A stretch of 63,854 nt of DNA from the NCBI GenBank assembly GCA_023255715.1, contig JAGDVQ010000095.1, positions 1-63,854 on the forward strand, read 5' to 3'. The notes below the pieces were generated by a model, which worked only from the letters and a program-made list of their open reading frames with translations, was not told where the DNA came from and did no database searches. Positions 38,359-51,296 of the stretch are shown piece after piece; the first letter of the stretch is position 1, and each line of letters starts with the position of its first letter. This DNA comes from Thiomonas sp. (GTDB taxonomy: Bacteria; Pseudomonadota; Gammaproteobacteria; Burkholderiales; Burkholderiaceae_C). A program made the position numbers and the translations under genes.

Positions 38359-38469
38359 GTTTGCGCGAAAACGCGCCGAGTCGTCGTCAGGCGGGGTTAT
38401 GCTCTTGGCCTGTCGTCGAAGCAGCGTCTGCGCTTGCTAAAATTTTTCACATTTCCACTGGAGGTTTCA

Positions 38470-38709
38470 ATGAGTGACATCGAACAGCGCGTCAAAAAGA
38501 TCATCGCCGAGCAACTGGGCGTTGCCGAAGACCAGGTGACCAACGAAAAATCCTTTGTGGATGATCTCGGTGCCGACTCACTGGATACCGTCGAACTGGT
38601 CATGGCGCTGGAAGACGAATTCCACATCGAAATCCCTGACGAAGACGCCGAGAAGATCACGACCGTGCAGTTGGCTGTCGATTACGCCAAGGCGCACTAC
38701 AAGGCCTGA
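38470..38709 (+). CDS. acpP: Acyl carrier protein
   Basis: [12 protein letters not shown]...[17 protein letters not shown]; RBS ggagg. Confidence 0.97.
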   Translation: MSDIEQRVKKIIAEQLGVAEDQVTNEKSFVDDLGADSLDTVELVMALEDEFHIEIPDEDAEKITTVQLAVDYAKAHYKA

Positions 38710-38793
38710 GCCGATTTCAAGCGACCTCGTTTTTCTGAACCCACTTTTGTTCGCGACCAAGCGCCAGCGCTTGCGCGGCCTGCCTGATTTCAC

Positions 38794-40029
38794 ATGACCC
38801 TTCGCCGACGAATTGCGATTACTGGCCTTGGCGCGGTTTCACCGCTGGGCAACACCCTGGATGACAACTGGTCCAATTTGCTCGCGGGCAAATCAGGCAT
38901 CGGACGCATCACCAAATTCGATGCCTCGGCCTATTCCGTGCAGATCGCTGGCGAAGTGCGTGATTTCGATGTGACGCAATACATCGCGGCCAAGGAAGCG
39001 CGCCACATGGATACGTTCATTCACTACGGCATCGCAGCGTCGATGCAGGCCGTGCGTGACAGTGGCATCGATCAGGCCGGGCTCGATCCAGAGCGCGTCG
39101 GCGTGCTGGTTGGTTCGGGTATCGGTGGCCTGCCGCTGATCGAAAACACCTACAAGGAGCTGCTTGAGCGTGGCCCGCGCCGCGTCACGCCGTTCTTTGT
39201 CCCGGCGTCGATCATCAACATGGTGTCCGGGCATGTGTCCATCGAATACGGCTTTCAGGGCCCCAATCTCTCCGTCGTCACGGCCTGCACCACCGGGCTG
39301 CACGCCATTGGTCTGGCTGCGCGCCTCATCGAATCGGGCGACGCAGACGTCATGGTGGCCGGTGGGGCCGAGGCCACGGTCTCGCCCCTGGGGATCGGTG
39401 GTTTTGCCTCGGCGCGCGCCCTGTCCACCCGCAATGACGACCCGGCCACTGCGAGTCGCCCGTGGGACAAGGACCGCGATGGGTTCGTTCTCGGCGAGGG
39501 CGCCGGTGTCATGGTGCTCGAAGACTATGAGCTCGCCGTCAAGCGCGGCGCAAAAATCTATGCCGAGCTCGTCGGTTTCGGCATGAGCGGAGATGCCGGG
39601 CACATCACCGCGCCCAACACCGATGGGCCGCGGCGCAGCATGTTGCTGGCGCTGAAAAACGCCGGCGTGGCGGCCGATCAGGTGCAGATGGTCAACGCGC
39701 ACGGCACGTCCACGCCCCTGGGCGACAAGAACGAGTCCGACGCCATCAAACTGGCCTTCGGTGATCATGCGTACAAACTGGTGGTGAATTCCACCAAATC
39801 CATGACCGGCCACCTGCTCGGCGGTGCCGGCGGCGTGGAGTCGGTGTTCACCGTGCTGTCGCTGCATCATCAGGTGTGTCCGCCGACCATCAATCTGCAG
39901 ACACCCGACCCCGAGTGCGATCTCGACTATTGCGCCAACACCGCACGCGACATGCGGATCGAATACGCGCTGAAAAACAACTTTGGCTTTGGCGGTACCA
40001 ACGGGTCGCTCTTGTTCAAGCGTGTCTGA
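38794..40029 (+). CDS. fabF: Beta-ketoacyl-ACP synthase II
   Basis: VTACTTG, NAHGTSTP, KSMTGHLLG, NNFGFGGTN. Confidence 0.95.
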   Translation: MTLRRRIAITGLGAVSPLGNTLDDNWSNLLAGKSGIGRITKFDASAYSVQIAGEVRDFDVTQYIAAKEARHMDTFIHYGIAASMQAVRDSGIDQAGLDPERVGVLVGSGIGGLPLIENTYKELLERGPRRVTPFFVPASIINMVSGHVSIEYGFQGPNLSVVTACTTGLHAIGLAARLIESGDADVMVAGGAEATVSPLGIGGFASARALSTRNDDPATASRPWDKDRDGFVLGEGAGVMVLEDYELAVKRGAKIYAELVGFGMSGDAGHITAPNTDGPRRSMLLALKNAGVAADQVQMVNAHGTSTPLGDKNESDAIKLAFGDHAYKLVVNSTKSMTGHLLGGAGGVESVFTVLSLHHQVCPPTINLQTPDPECDLDYCANTARDMRIEYALKNNFGFGGTNGSLLFKRV

Positions 40030-40070
40030 TTGGGCAAGATGAGCGCCCAGTGTTTTTTTGAGTGTGTCGC

Positions 40071-40493
40071 ATGAAGACCGTTGCGCCCTTGCAGATCCGG
40101 GTTGAACACTTCGGCCGCTGGCATCTGCTGCTCGGGCTGTTCAGCGCGGCTTCGCTGCTCGCTGCAGGCTGGACCATCTGGGTCTGGCGCGATACCGATT
40201 CGCTCAATTTGATGGCCGCCTTCGCGGCTGCCATTTTCCTGGCGATCCAGTCCGCACAATATCCCTACTGGACGATCCGCGCGTTCACCTTGTTTCATGG
40301 CGAGCGTGGCTGGAGACTGCAACGTGGTGACGGTCTGGAGGAGGTGCTGCAGGTGCGCAGCATGGTGCTGCCCGGGCTGTTGCTGGTCCTTGGCCTGACT
40401 GCCAAGGGACGGGTGGTTCTGCCCATTCCAAGTGACATTCAACCCGGTATTTTTCGCGAACTGCGACTGCGCCTGGGCGCACTGTCTCATTGA
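40071..40493 (+). CDS. Hypothetical two-TM membrane protein (YgfX-like architecture)
   Basis: Two hydrophobic helices, then a soluble tail ending FRELRLRL; fills the fabF-rpoE gap. Confidence 0.5.
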   Translation: MKTVAPLQIRVEHFGRWHLLLGLFSAASLLAAGWTIWVWRDTDSLNLMAAFAAAIFLAIQSAQYPYWTIRAFTLFHGERGWRLQRGDGLEEVLQVRSMVLPGLLLVLGLTAKGRVVLPIPSDIQPGIFRELRLRLGALSH

Positions 40494-40499
40494 AGCCCG

Positions 40500-41105
40500 G
40501 TGGAGCAAGACAACCTCAGCGATGCCGTCCTGGTGCAGCAGGTTCAGGCAGGGCATCAGAAGGCATTCGATCTGCTTGTCGCCAAGTATCAGCGCAGGAT
40601 CTATCGCCTGGTGCTGCGCTTCATTCGCGATCCGGCCCAGGCCGAAGATGTGGCGCAGGAAACCTTCCTGCGCGCCTACCGCGCCATTGGACAATTTCGG
40701 GGCGATAGCCAGTTCTACACCTGGCTCTACCGTATCGCGGTCAATACCGCAAAGAAAGCGATATCCGATGACATGCGCGACCCTACGGTATCCGAAGGGG
40801 ACGCCGCGGGATCGGGTGAAGAAACTTTTAGCCCGACCGAGTTACTAACCAACAACGAAACCCCCGAGTCCCTGCTGATTTCCAAGGAAATCGTGCAGAC
40901 GGTGAATGCGGCGATGGAATCCCTGCCCGACGATTTGCGCACGGCAATCACCCTGCGCGAAATCGAGGGCCTAAGTTACGAGGAGATTTCCGATGTCATG
41001 CAATGCCCGATCGGCACGGTGCGGTCGCGGATTTTTCGCGCCCGTGAGGCGATTGCAGAGCGCTTGCGCCCTGTGATCGAGCACAAGGGCGGCAAACGCT
41101 GGTGA
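40500..41105 (+). CDS. rpoE: RNA polymerase sigma factor RpoE
   Basis: AFDLLVAKYQ, FRGDSQFYTWLYRIAVNTAK, CPIGTVRSRIFRARE; GTG start. Confidence 0.95.
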   Translation: MEQDNLSDAVLVQQVQAGHQKAFDLLVAKYQRRIYRLVLRFIRDPAQAEDVAQETFLRAYRAIGQFRGDSQFYTWLYRIAVNTAKKAISDDMRDPTVSEGDAAGSGEETFSPTELLTNNETPESLLISKEIVQTVNAAMESLPDDLRTAITLREIEGLSYEEISDVMQCPIGTVRSRIFRAREAIAERLRPVIEHKGGKRW

Positions 41106-41148
41106 GCTTGGGGATGAACATTCGGTACGGGTGTGCAGGAGACGGAAA

Positions 41149-41892
41149 ATGAGTCAAGACATGTCGCGAGAGCAACTTTCGGCCCTGATCGATGGGGAGG
41201 GAGATTTCCGCTCGCCTTCCCCGCAGGCGACGGCCTTCGTGCGTCAGGCGGCATCTGACGAGGCCGCGCGGCGCGATTGGCTGCTGTATGCGCAGATCGG
41301 CGATCTCTTGCGCTCCTCCGATCTGACGCCAATGCCACGAGAGCAGGATTTTCTGCAGAGAGTGAGCGCGGCCGTGGCACACGAACCCATTGTGCTGCAG
41401 CCGCAGCCCGCAGCGGTTGCAGCCAAGCAGGTCGTGCCGCATCGCCGTCCGCACTGGAGCACCCGCATGGCTGCAGGAATGGCTGCGGTGGGCGGTGTCG
41501 CCGTGATGGCATGGGTGGCGCTGCCGGGTCTGCAGCGCACGGAGCCGCAGGGGGTGCGCGTGACGTCGGAGAGCAAGGTCGTGGCGTCTGCGGGCGGTCT
41601 CGCGACGTCGAATCCGCTGCAGATGCGTATCAGCGAGACGCGCGCGGGGGCTGCTGAAGGTCAGCTCGGACAGCCTGGCGTGACGGGTCTGATGGCGACC
41701 GAAGCCGTCACCGATGCATCCGGGCGCCAGGCAACTGGCAAGGCGCAAATCCTTCCCGTTTCCGCGCAAATGCCCATGGTCGAGTATCTGCTGGCGCATC
41801 AGCAAATGGCCGGCGGCATGATGCCCGTCGTGCCGGCAACCCTGCGGGTTGTCGCCGATCAACCGGCAACTCCGGCAGCGCTGTCGCACTGA
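41149..41892 (+). CDS. rseA: Anti-sigma-E factor RseA
   Basis: EQLSALIDGE, W..Y..IGDLLRS, single TM, YLLAHQQ. Confidence 0.88.
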   Translation: MSQDMSREQLSALIDGEGDFRSPSPQATAFVRQAASDEAARRDWLLYAQIGDLLRSSDLTPMPREQDFLQRVSAAVAHEPIVLQPQPAAVAAKQVVPHRRPHWSTRMAAGMAAVGGVAVMAWVALPGLQRTEPQGVRVTSESKVVASAGGLATSNPLQMRISETRAGAAEGQLGQPGVTGLMATEAVTDASGRQATGKAQILPVSAQMPMVEYLLAHQQMAGGMMPVVPATLRVVADQPATPAALSH

Positions 41893-42986
41893 TGGCGGGC
41901 CTGCATTCCCATCCAGGAAAGGCCGCTGGCGGGTTGGCACGCCACCTGCGTGGATCGGCACTGGGTGGCGCGTTGAGCGTCCTGATGCTCGCGCCGGTCT
42001 TTGCCGCGCAGACGCTCCCGGGGCCGACCGAACAGTTGCTGGCGGCCACGAACAGACCGCAACCGTCCGACGGCCAGCCGCACACGCCCGGGCTGGAGCA
42101 TTGGCTGCAGACCGTGAGCTCTGCGGCGCGCACCATGAACTACAGCGGGGTGTTCATCACCCAGCGTGGCGAAGACATCAGCACGTCCAGTCTGGTGCAC
42201 TACGTGCTTCCCCAAGGCCATTTCGAGCGCATCGAAACCCTGGACGGGCAGCGGCGCATCATGGTGTCGCTGAACGATCAGGTGCGCACCAGCTGGCCGG
42301 ATTACAGACTGACACTGATCGACAATCAGGCGGGCCAGGCCAGCTTTCCGCGACTGCTCAAAACCACGGATGGCGAGGTCGATCGCAATTACCGGCTGGA
42401 GCGCGGCGGGCAGGAACGCTGCGCCGGCTATGAATGCCAAGTCTCCACCATTCTGCCGCGCGACGATCTGCGCTGGGGGTATCGGCTGTGGTCGCTGCGC
42501 GATTCCCAGCTTCTGGTCAAGGCGCAAACCCTCGATACCGCAGGGCATGTCATCGATCAGGTTGCATTCACCCAGCTGAAAATCAATATTGCGCCGCAAA
42601 ACGCGCTGGTGCAGGACAGCCTGCGCCAGCCCCCAGGCTATGCGGTGGAGCACATGAAAGTCGTTCCGGTCACTCTGCAGTCGCAGGGCTGGGCCTTGTC
42701 GGCGCCGGTGCCGGGTTTCAAGACGGTCGGCGTGTTTCGCCGCAGCATGTCGGTTGGCGGGAAGTCCTCGGAAGTGCTGCAGTGGCTGCTCAGTGACGGG
42801 CTGGCGTCGGTGTCCATCTTCATTCAGCCAGCAAGCGCGTTGACCGAGCCGGTCGCGCCTGAACAAAGGGTTGGCGGCACGCTGGCATTGTCGCGCCGCA
42901 TGGGGGACGCCTGGCTGACCGTGATGGGCGCTGTGCCGGAACGCACCTTGCGCCGCGTGAGCGAAGCGGTGGTGCGGGTGCAATAG
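41892..42986 (+). CDS. rseB: Sigma-E regulator RseB/MucB
   Basis: NYSGVF, ETLDG, PRDDLRWGY, SDGLASVSIFI, TVMGAVP. Confidence 0.88.
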   Translation: MAGLHSHPGKAAGGLARHLRGSALGGALSVLMLAPVFAAQTLPGPTEQLLAATNRPQPSDGQPHTPGLEHWLQTVSSAARTMNYSGVFITQRGEDISTSSLVHYVLPQGHFERIETLDGQRRIMVSLNDQVRTSWPDYRLTLIDNQAGQASFPRLLKTTDGEVDRNYRLERGGQERCAGYECQVSTILPRDDLRWGYRLWSLRDSQLLVKAQTLDTAGHVIDQVAFTQLKINIAPQNALVQDSLRQPPGYAVEHMKVVPVTLQSQGWALSAPVPGFKTVGVFRRSMSVGGKSSEVLQWLLSDGLASVSIFIQPASALTEPVAPEQRVGGTLALSRRMGDAWLTVMGAVPERTLRRVSEAVVRVQ

Positions 42987-43119
42987 CGCAATTTGCGCGG
43001 GGTCTCTGCCCTGCCGCAGCATGGCGGCGGTGTTTTCCGTATGCTGGCAAGGTTTTGAATCCATTGACGAATTGCAGTGACCTGCCTGAAATCAGGCGTG
43101 ATGTATCAGGGAGAAATCG

Positions 43120-44583
43120 GTGAAAAATTTTCTGTTGACCTTTGTGAGCGCTGGACTGCTGGTGATGACCGGGGCTGTTGCTCCGGCACAGGCTGCGGGA
43201 TCTGCGCCGACGCAGGCGTGCGTCGCCTGCGGCCTGCCGGACTTCACCGGACTGGTGGAAAAGGCCGGGCCGTCCGTGGTCAATATCCGCACCTACAAGA
43301 AAGTGGCAGTGGGCAGCGGCGACGGCATGGACGACCAGACCCGCGAGTTGCTGCGCCGTTTCTTCGGCGTTCCCATTCCGGCGCCGGACACGCCGAAGGA
43401 TGGCAAGGGCGCGCCGCAGGATGAAGAAGAACGGCCCACCGGCGTGGGTTCGGGCTTCATCATCAGCCCGGACGGCTACATCATGACCAATGCGCATGTG
43501 GTCGATGGTGCCGACGAGCTCATGGTCACCCTGACCGACAAGCGCGAGTTCAAGGCCAAGCTCATCGGCGCGGACAAGCGCACCGATGTCGCGCTGGTGA
43601 AAATCGATACCAAGCAGCCGCTGCCTGCCGTGCAGATCGGCGATTCCTCCAAGGTCAAGGTGGGTGAATGGGTGGTGGCGATCGGCTCGCCTTTCGGGCT
43701 GGAAAACACCGTGACCGCGGGCATCGTCAGCGCCAAGGGGCGCGATACCGGCGACTACACCCCCTTCATCCAGACCGATGTGGCGGTCAATCCCGGCAAC
43801 TCGGGTGGGCCGCTGATCGACATGCGCGGCAACGTGATCGGCATCAATTCCCAGATCTACAGCCGCACTGGCGGATTCATGGGTATCTCGTTTGCCATCC
43901 CGATCGACGAGGCCATGCGCGTGGTCGAGCAGCTCAAGAAACAGGGCTATGTGGTGCGCGGCAAGATCGGCGTGCAGATCGACAGCGTGAGCCGTGAACT
44001 GGCCGATTCGCTCGGCCTGGGACAGGCCCGCGGTGCGCTGGTGCGCGTGGTCGAGAAAGGCGGCGCGGCGGACAAGGCCGGCGTGCAGGTTGGCGACATC
44101 GTGACCAGCTTCAACGGCAAGCCGGTGGAGCGCGCCAACGACCTGCCGCGACTCGTCGGGGAAACTAAACCGGACGCCACCGTGCCGATGCAAGTGCTGC
44201 GCATGGGCAAGACCGTGACCCTGAACGTCAAGGTGGGCGAGTGGGTCATGGACAAGAAGCCCGGCACCAAGCCTGCCGATGAGCAGAAGCCCGAAGCCGT
44301 GAGCAAGGCCAACGCGCTGGGCGTGAAGGTCATCGACCTCAATGAAGCGCAAAAACGCCAGCTCGGTGTGAGCAGTGGTGTGCTGGTCGAGGCGGTGCGC
44401 AACGGCGCCGCGCGGGATGGCCTGCGTGTGGGCGATGTGATTCTGGCGGTGGGCAATGCCGCGGTGAACAGCGCCGCCCAGTTCAACGCCATCAGCGCCC
44501 AGCTTCCCGTGGGCAAGCAGGTGGCCGTCCTGGTGCGGCGCGGAGATGCGGGGCTGTACATCCTGCTGCGCCCGCAGAACTGA
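43120..44583 (+). CDS. Do/DegQ (MucD) family periplasmic serine protease
   Basis: LPDFTGLVE, TNAHVV, TDVAL, NPGNSGGPL, two PDZ domains; GTG start with RBS ggag. Confidence 0.93.
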   Translation: MKNFLLTFVSAGLLVMTGAVAPAQAAGSAPTQACVACGLPDFTGLVEKAGPSVVNIRTYKKVAVGSGDGMDDQTRELLRRFFGVPIPAPDTPKDGKGAPQDEEERPTGVGSGFIISPDGYIMTNAHVVDGADELMVTLTDKREFKAKLIGADKRTDVALVKIDTKQPLPAVQIGDSSKVKVGEWVVAIGSPFGLENTVTAGIVSAKGRDTGDYTPFIQTDVAVNPGNSGGPLIDMRGNVIGINSQIYSRTGGFMGISFAIPIDEAMRVVEQLKKQGYVVRGKIGVQIDSVSRELADSLGLGQARGALVRVVEKGGAADKAGVQVGDIVTSFNGKPVERANDLPRLVGETKPDATVPMQVLRMGKTVTLNVKVGEWVMDKKPGTKPADEQKPEAVSKANALGVKVIDLNEAQKRQLGVSSGVLVEAVRNGAARDGLRVGDVILAVGNAAVNSAAQFNAISAQLPVGKQVAVLVRRGDAGLYILLRPQN

Positions 44584-44680
44584 AGTGTTGAAGCGATGGT
44601 TGGGTGTCCGACCCGGTCTCGGTGCCGGGTTAGAATGACAGCCCAACAAGCAGCAGCAGTTGCCAAATTCGATTTGTTGG

Positions 44681-44710
44681 AAGGCGCGTCAGGCTTGTCG
44701 CGCCTTTTTT
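44681..44710 (+). terminator. Intrinsic terminator-like hairpin upstream of lepA
   Basis: aaggcgcg-N10-cgcgcctt followed by a T run. Confidence 0.6.
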
Positions 44711-44790
44711 CTTGAGTTCCCCCGTGTTTTGCGTCATTCCCGCAGGGTTCGTCCGCGGGGCCTGAGCCGGTCGCCCCAGCGGTCCTTTGC

Positions 44791-46599
<1,809 letters not shown>

Positions 46600-46623
46600 C
46601 CCCCCACACTCCCCACACCCCGT

Positions 46624-47550
46624 ATGGAAACCGCGCCCAGCGTCAATTTCACCCTGTTGCTTTTCATCCTGCTGGTCGTCACTGGCGCGTTCTGGTTCGC
46701 CGAGCGCTGGTACTTCGCACCGCAGCGCAGGCGTGCAGCCAATGCTGCTGCAGCCCAGTTGCAGGAGCGGCGCAGCGCGCTGGCCAGGCAGGGGCTGGCC
46801 ACGGATGGTGCCGTGGCCACCGATGCAGAAATCGAGGCGGCGCGCGCGCGGGTGCAGAGCCAGCCGTGGTGGCTGGAGTGGACCGCAGGCCTGTTTCCGG
46901 TCATTCTGGTGGTGTTTCTGCTGCGCTCCTTCGTCGCCGAGCCGTTCAAGATTCCCTCTGGATCGATGGAACCGACATTGGTGCCCGGCGACCTGATTCT
47001 GGTGAACAAATTCGACTACGGCCTGCGCCTGCCGCTGCTCGAAACGCGTCTGACCCCGGGCGAACTCCCCCGGCGTGGTGACGTGATCGTGTTCCGTCTG
47101 CCCAAGGATCCGCGCATCGACTACATCAAGCGCATCGTCGGCCTGCCGGGCGATACCGTGTCCTACGAGAACAAGCAACTGGTGATCAACGGCAAGCCGG
47201 TGCAGGAAACGCCGCTGCCTGACTACTTCGATCCTGGCACCATGACGTATTACAAGCAGTTCATGGAAAAGCTGGGCACGCATGAACACCGCATCATGAT
47301 CAATCCGATGGCGCCGCCCTATGTCATCGGCGGGCCGGACGACTTTCCGCATCGCGACATGTGCCACTACAACGCCGAGGGCTTTGTCTGCAAGGTCCCT
47401 GCCGGCAATTACTTCGTCATGGGCGACAACCGCGACAACTCGCTGGATTCACGTTATTGGGGTTTCGTGCCCGAGCGCAATATCATCGGCAAAGCCTTTG
47501 TGGTGTGGATGAATTTCAGCGCACCGAAAAACATTGGGCTGATTCATTGA
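46624..47550 (+). CDS. lepB: Signal peptidase I
   Basis: EPFKIPSGSM, DYIKRIVGLPGD, GDNRDNSLDSRYWG. Confidence 0.96.
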   Translation: METAPSVNFTLLLFILLVVTGAFWFAERWYFAPQRRRAANAAAAQLQERRSALARQGLATDGAVATDAEIEAARARVQSQPWWLEWTAGLFPVILVVFLLRSFVAEPFKIPSGSMEPTLVPGDLILVNKFDYGLRLPLLETRLTPGELPRRGDVIVFRLPKDPRIDYIKRIVGLPGDTVSYENKQLVINGKPVQETPLPDYFDPGTMTYYKQFMEKLGTHEHRIMINPMAPPYVIGGPDDFPHRDMCHYNAEGFVCKVPAGNYFVMGDNRDNSLDSRYWGFVPERNIIGKAFVVWMNFSAPKNIGLIH

Positions 47551-47583
47551 TCGTCAATGCCGGATGGAGCAATCGGGGCCAAC

Positions 47584-47934
47584 ATGAAGCAGCAGGACAA
47601 GCAACGCGGAATCACCCTGATCGGGTTGATTTTCTGGGGCGCCATTCTGGCGTTTGTGGTCGTCATTGGCGCACAGGCCGTTCCGACCGCAACGGAGTAT
47701 TTCGCCATTCAGAAGGCAGTGGACCAGGCCGCCAAGGCTGGCCCCACGGTGGCCGATATCCGCTCTGCCTATTCCAAAATGGCCGACGTGGACTACATCT
47801 CCTCGGTCACCGCGCAGGATCTCAACATCACCAAGGTCAACGACAAGGTGGTGGTTTCCTTTGCCTACAACAAGGAAATCCATATCGCGGGGCCGGTGTT
47901 CCTGCTGATCAAGTACGCTGGTCAATCGCACTGA
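47584..47934 (+). CDS. DUF4845 family pilin-like protein
   Basis: KQRGITLIGL prepilin-like N-terminus; usual position between lepB and rnc. Confidence 0.82.
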   Translation: MKQQDKQRGITLIGLIFWGAILAFVVVIGAQAVPTATEYFAIQKAVDQAAKAGPTVADIRSAYSKMADVDYISSVTAQDLNITKVNDKVVVSFAYNKEIHIAGPVFLLIKYAGQSH

Positions 47935-47941
47935 TTCACGG

Positions 47942-48802
47942 GTGAGCACGGCACTGGAAACGCGGCTGGGCTATGTCTTCCGCGATCGCACATTATTCGA
48001 CCGGGCGCTGACGCACCGCAGCTTCGGCGCAGACCATAACGAGCGCCTGGAGTTTCTCGGCGACTCGGTGCTCAATCTCTCTGCCGCGGCCCTGCTCTAT
48101 CACCAGGCCGCGCGTCAGGACGAAGGTCAGCTGTCCCGCCTCCGTGCCGCGCTGGTGCGCGCCGAGGCACTGGCCGAGGTGGCCAAGGCCATCGACCTGG
48201 GCCGCTTTCTCCGGCTGGGGGAGGGCGAGCTGCAAAGCGGCGGTGCCAAGCGCGAATCCATTCTGGCCGATGCGCTGGAAGCCCTGCTGGGTGCGATCTA
48301 TCTCGAAGCCGGATTCGACGCGGCGCAGGACGTGATGCGCCGTCTGTTCGCGCCCCTGCTCGAGGCGCTCGATGCCGACGTGGTCCGCAAGGACGCCAAG
48401 ACCCAGTTGCAGGAATTCCTGCAGGGCCAGCGCCTGCCGCTGCCCGCCTACACGGTGCTCGATGTGCGCGGCGCAGCGCATCAGCAGCAATTCAGGGTGG
48501 AGTGCGCCGTGCCTGCGCTGGGCTTGAAGGTGGAGGGCGAGGGCGATAGCCGCCGTCGTGCCGAGCAGGAGGCTGCCGCACGCATGATCGCGCGCATGGC
48601 GCGAGGTGGCACCCAGCCTGTGCGCGGGCGCAACAAGCCGGTGTTCGTCGATGCCCGCTCGCCGTCCGCATCCAGGGAGTCAGCTGCGCAGACGCCCCCG
48701 GAACAGACGCCCGATCCGCAGGCTGCGCAGCCCGCCGTGCAGGAGCACAATCCTGCTGGCGCCAAGACGCGCCGCGCACCCAGACCGCCCAGGCCCACAT
48801 GA
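47942..48802 (+). CDS. rnc: Ribonuclease III
   Basis: [31 protein letters not shown], ds[12 protein letters not shown]; low-complexity C-terminal tail. Confidence 0.95.
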   Translation: MSTALETRLGYVFRDRTLFDRALTHRSFGADHNERLEFLGDSVLNLSAAALLYHQAARQDEGQLSRLRAALVRAEALAEVAKAIDLGRFLRLGEGELQSGGAKRESILADALEALLGAIYLEAGFDAAQDVMRRLFAPLLEALDADVVRKDAKTQLQEFLQGQRLPLPAYTVLDVRGAAHQQQFRVECAVPALGLKVEGEGDSRRRAEQEAAARMIARMARGGTQPVRGRNKPVFVDARSPSASRESAAQTPPEQTPDPQAAQPAVQEHNPAGAKTRRAPRPPRPT

Positions 48803-49704
48803 CTTCATCTCCCCCGCAACCCCCGCGCCGCTTTGGCACTGTCGCCATCGTCGGCCGCCCGAACGTGGGCAAATCCACGTTGCTCAATGCGCTGGTCGGC
48901 GCCAAGGTCAGCATCACGTCGCACAAGGCGCAAACCACGCGTCACCGCATTCTGGGTGTGCGCACGCAAGGGCAGGCGCAGTTCGCCTTTGTCGATACGC
49001 CGGGCTTTCAGACCAAGCATCTGCATGCACTCAACCGCGCGATGAACCGTACCGTGACCGGCGCACTGAGCGAGGTCGATCTGGTGCTCTGGGTGCTGGA
49101 AGCGGGCAAGCTCGTGCCGGAGGACCGCACGGTGCTCGAGGTGCTGCCCGACGATCGCCCGGTGATCGCGGTGGTCAACAAGCTCGACCGTGTGACTCCG
49201 CGCGAAAAACTGCTGCCCTGGCTGGCCGAATTCGGGCAGTTGCGCAAGTTTGCCGAGATCGTGCCGATGTCGGCGCAAAAGGCGGCAGACGCCCCGCGCC
49301 TGCTCTCCATCATGCAACCCTATCTGCCCGAGGGAGAGTGGGGCTACGAGGAAGATGCGCTCACCGATCGCAGCGAGCGCTTTCTGGCGGCTGAAATTCT
49401 GCGTGAAAAGCTGTTCCGCCTCACCGGCGATGAACTGCCCTACACCAGTACCGTGGTCATCGAGCAGTTCGCGCAGGAAGGTGATCTGCGGCGCATTTCT
49501 GCAGCCATCATCGTCGACCGCGACAGTCACAAGGCCATGGTGATCGGCGCTGGCGGTGAGCGGCTCAAGCGCATCTCCACCGAGGCGCGGCAGGACATGC
49601 AGGCCTTGTTCGGCGGCCCGGTGTTTCTGGAAGTCTGGGTCAAGACCCGCTCCGGCTGGGCCGACGACCAGGCCGCAGTGCGCGCCTTCGGGTATGAGGA
49701 CTGA
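48799..49704 (+). CDS. era: GTPase Era
   Basis: [24 protein letters not shown] domain VIGAGG. Confidence 0.96.
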   Translation: MTSSPPQPPRRFGTVAIVGRPNVGKSTLLNALVGAKVSITSHKAQTTRHRILGVRTQGQAQFAFVDTPGFQTKHLHALNRAMNRTVTGALSEVDLVLWVLEAGKLVPEDRTVLEVLPDDRPVIAVVNKLDRVTPREKLLPWLAEFGQLRKFAEIVPMSAQKAADAPRLLSIMQPYLPEGEWGYEEDALTDRSERFLAAEILREKLFRLTGDELPYTSTVVIEQFAQEGDLRRISAAIIVDRDSHKAMVIGAGGERLKRISTEARQDMQALFGGPVFLEVWVKTRSGWADDQAAVRAFGYED

Positions 49705-50503
49705 GTTGGTCCCTGAGCGTGCGGTCCGTCCGCACGGTGCGCCTGCGCGCGCGGCCCTGCGACGCAGAACCAGCATCGAGCGGGTGCAGGACGAGTCCAT
49801 CTATGTGCTGCACAGCTATCCCTGGAAGGAAACCAGCCTGCTGCTCGACGTGTTCAGCCGTCAGCATGGACGGGTGGCGCTGGTGGCCAAGGGCGCGAAG
49901 CGCCCGGCGTCGGCGCTGCGCGCCGTGCTGATGGGGTTTCAGCCCTGCACGGCGAGCTGGAGCGGGCGCAGCGAAGTCCGCACCTTGACCCGCGCCGAAT
50001 GGTCGGGCGGGCTGGCGCCGCTGTCGGGCCTGCCGCTGCTGTGCGGCTTTTACTTCAACGAATTGCTCGTGCGTCTGCTGGCGCGCGAGGACGCGCATGA
50101 AGGCCTGTTCGACGCCTATCACCAGGGCATTGCCGCGCTGGCGCAGCGCCCGCATGCGCAGGCCGCCGAACTGGAGCCGGTGTTGCGTGATTTCGAGTTT
50201 GCGCTGTTGCGCGAGCTGGGCCATCTGCCCGAACTGCATCTGGAAGGGGCTTCGTCCCAACCTGTGCTGCCCGATGCGTTCTACCGCGTCGACCCCGATC
50301 ATGGCGTGTCGCCTTGCCGCGCCTCCGACCCGGCCGCAGTGCGCGGCGAGGTTCTGCTGGCGCTGCGCGATGGGCCGCCGCCCGCAGGTGATCTGGCCCT
50401 GGCGCGTGCCGCCAAGACTCTCATGCGCAACCTGCTTCACTATCATCTTTCCGGCCAGATGCTGCGCACTCGCCAGCTTCTCATCGACCTGCACAAGCTA
50501 TGA
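49694..50503 (+). CDS. recO: DNA repair protein RecO
   Basis: [43 protein letters not shown]. Start approximate. Confidence 0.92.
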   Translation: MRTELVPERAVRPHGAPARAALRRRTSIERVQDESIYVLHSYPWKETSLLLDVFSRQHGRVALVAKGAKRPASALRAVLMGFQPCTASWSGRSEVRTLTRAEWSGGLAPLSGLPLLCGFYFNELLVRLLAREDAHEGLFDAYHQGIAALAQRPHAQAAELEPVLRDFEFALLRELGHLPELHLEGASSQPVLPDAFYRVDPDHGVSPCRASDPAAVRGEVLLALRDGPPPAGDLALARAAKTLMRNLLHYHLSGQMLRTRQLLIDLHKL

Positions 50504-51276
50504 ATCCCCTGGTTTCCCCTGCTGCCGCACCCCTGCTCGGGGTGAACATCGACCATGTCGCCACGCTGCGCAACGCACGGGGTGGCGGCTTTCCCGACCC
50601 GGTGCGCGCCGCGCAACAGGCGGTGGAGGCCGGGGCCGACATCATCACCTTTCACCTGCGTGAAGACCGGCGCCATATCCGCGATGCCGATGTCGAACGG
50701 CTCAAGGCCGTCATCACTGCGCCGCTGAATTTCGAGTCGGCGCTGGCGCCTGAGATGCTCGACATCATCTGCCGCGTGCGTCCGCAGATGGTCTGCCTGG
50801 TGCCCGAACGCCGCCAGGAGGTGACCACGGAAGGCGGGCTGGACGTGGCCGGGCAGTTCGACCGCGTGCGCTCGGCCTGCGCCCGGCTGGCCGGTTGCGG
50901 CTGCCGCGTGTCGCTGTTCATCGAGCCCAGCGCGCAGCAGATCGAGGCCAGCGCCCGCGCCGGTGCGCCGTGCATCGAGCTGCATACCGGCGCCTATGCC
51001 AATGCCTTCGATGCGGGGGACGACTCGGCGCGCCAGCGCGAGTTCGACCGCATCGTCGCCGGTCTCAAACTCGGCCGCAGCCTGGGCCTGCAAACCAACG
51101 CAGGCCACGGTCTGAGCCTGCAGAGCACTCCGGCCATTGCGGTGTTGCCCGAGGTCAGCGAACTGCACATTGGTCATGCGCTCATCGGCCATGCGGTGTT
51201 CGTCGGCCTCACTCAATCGGTGCGCGACTTTCAGGCCACGATTGCCAGCGCCGTCGCCACCGCGCGCGGTCGCTGA
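50500..51276 (+). CDS. pdxJ: Pyridoxine 5'-phosphate synthase
   Basis: [43 protein letters not shown]. Confidence 0.96.
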   Translation: MNPLVSPAAAPLLGVNIDHVATLRNARGGGFPDPVRAAQQAVEAGADIITFHLREDRRHIRDADVERLKAVITAPLNFESALAPEMLDIICRVRPQMVCLVPERRQEVTTEGGLDVAGQFDRVRSACARLAGCGCRVSLFIEPSAQQIEASARAGAPCIELHTGAYANAFDAGDDSARQREFDRIVAGLKLGRSLGLQTNAGHGLSLQSTPAIAVLPEVSELHIGHALIGHAVFVGLTQSVRDFQATIASAVATARGR

Positions 51277-51296
51277 ATGCGCTGTCGGGAGGTGCC

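Noticed and set aside
44635-44715. 26-codon ORF (MTAQQAAAVAKFDLL...) as a lepA leader peptide
   Set aside because: Its ATG overlaps the putative -10, there is no RBS and no telling codon run; unsupported without Ribo-seq.
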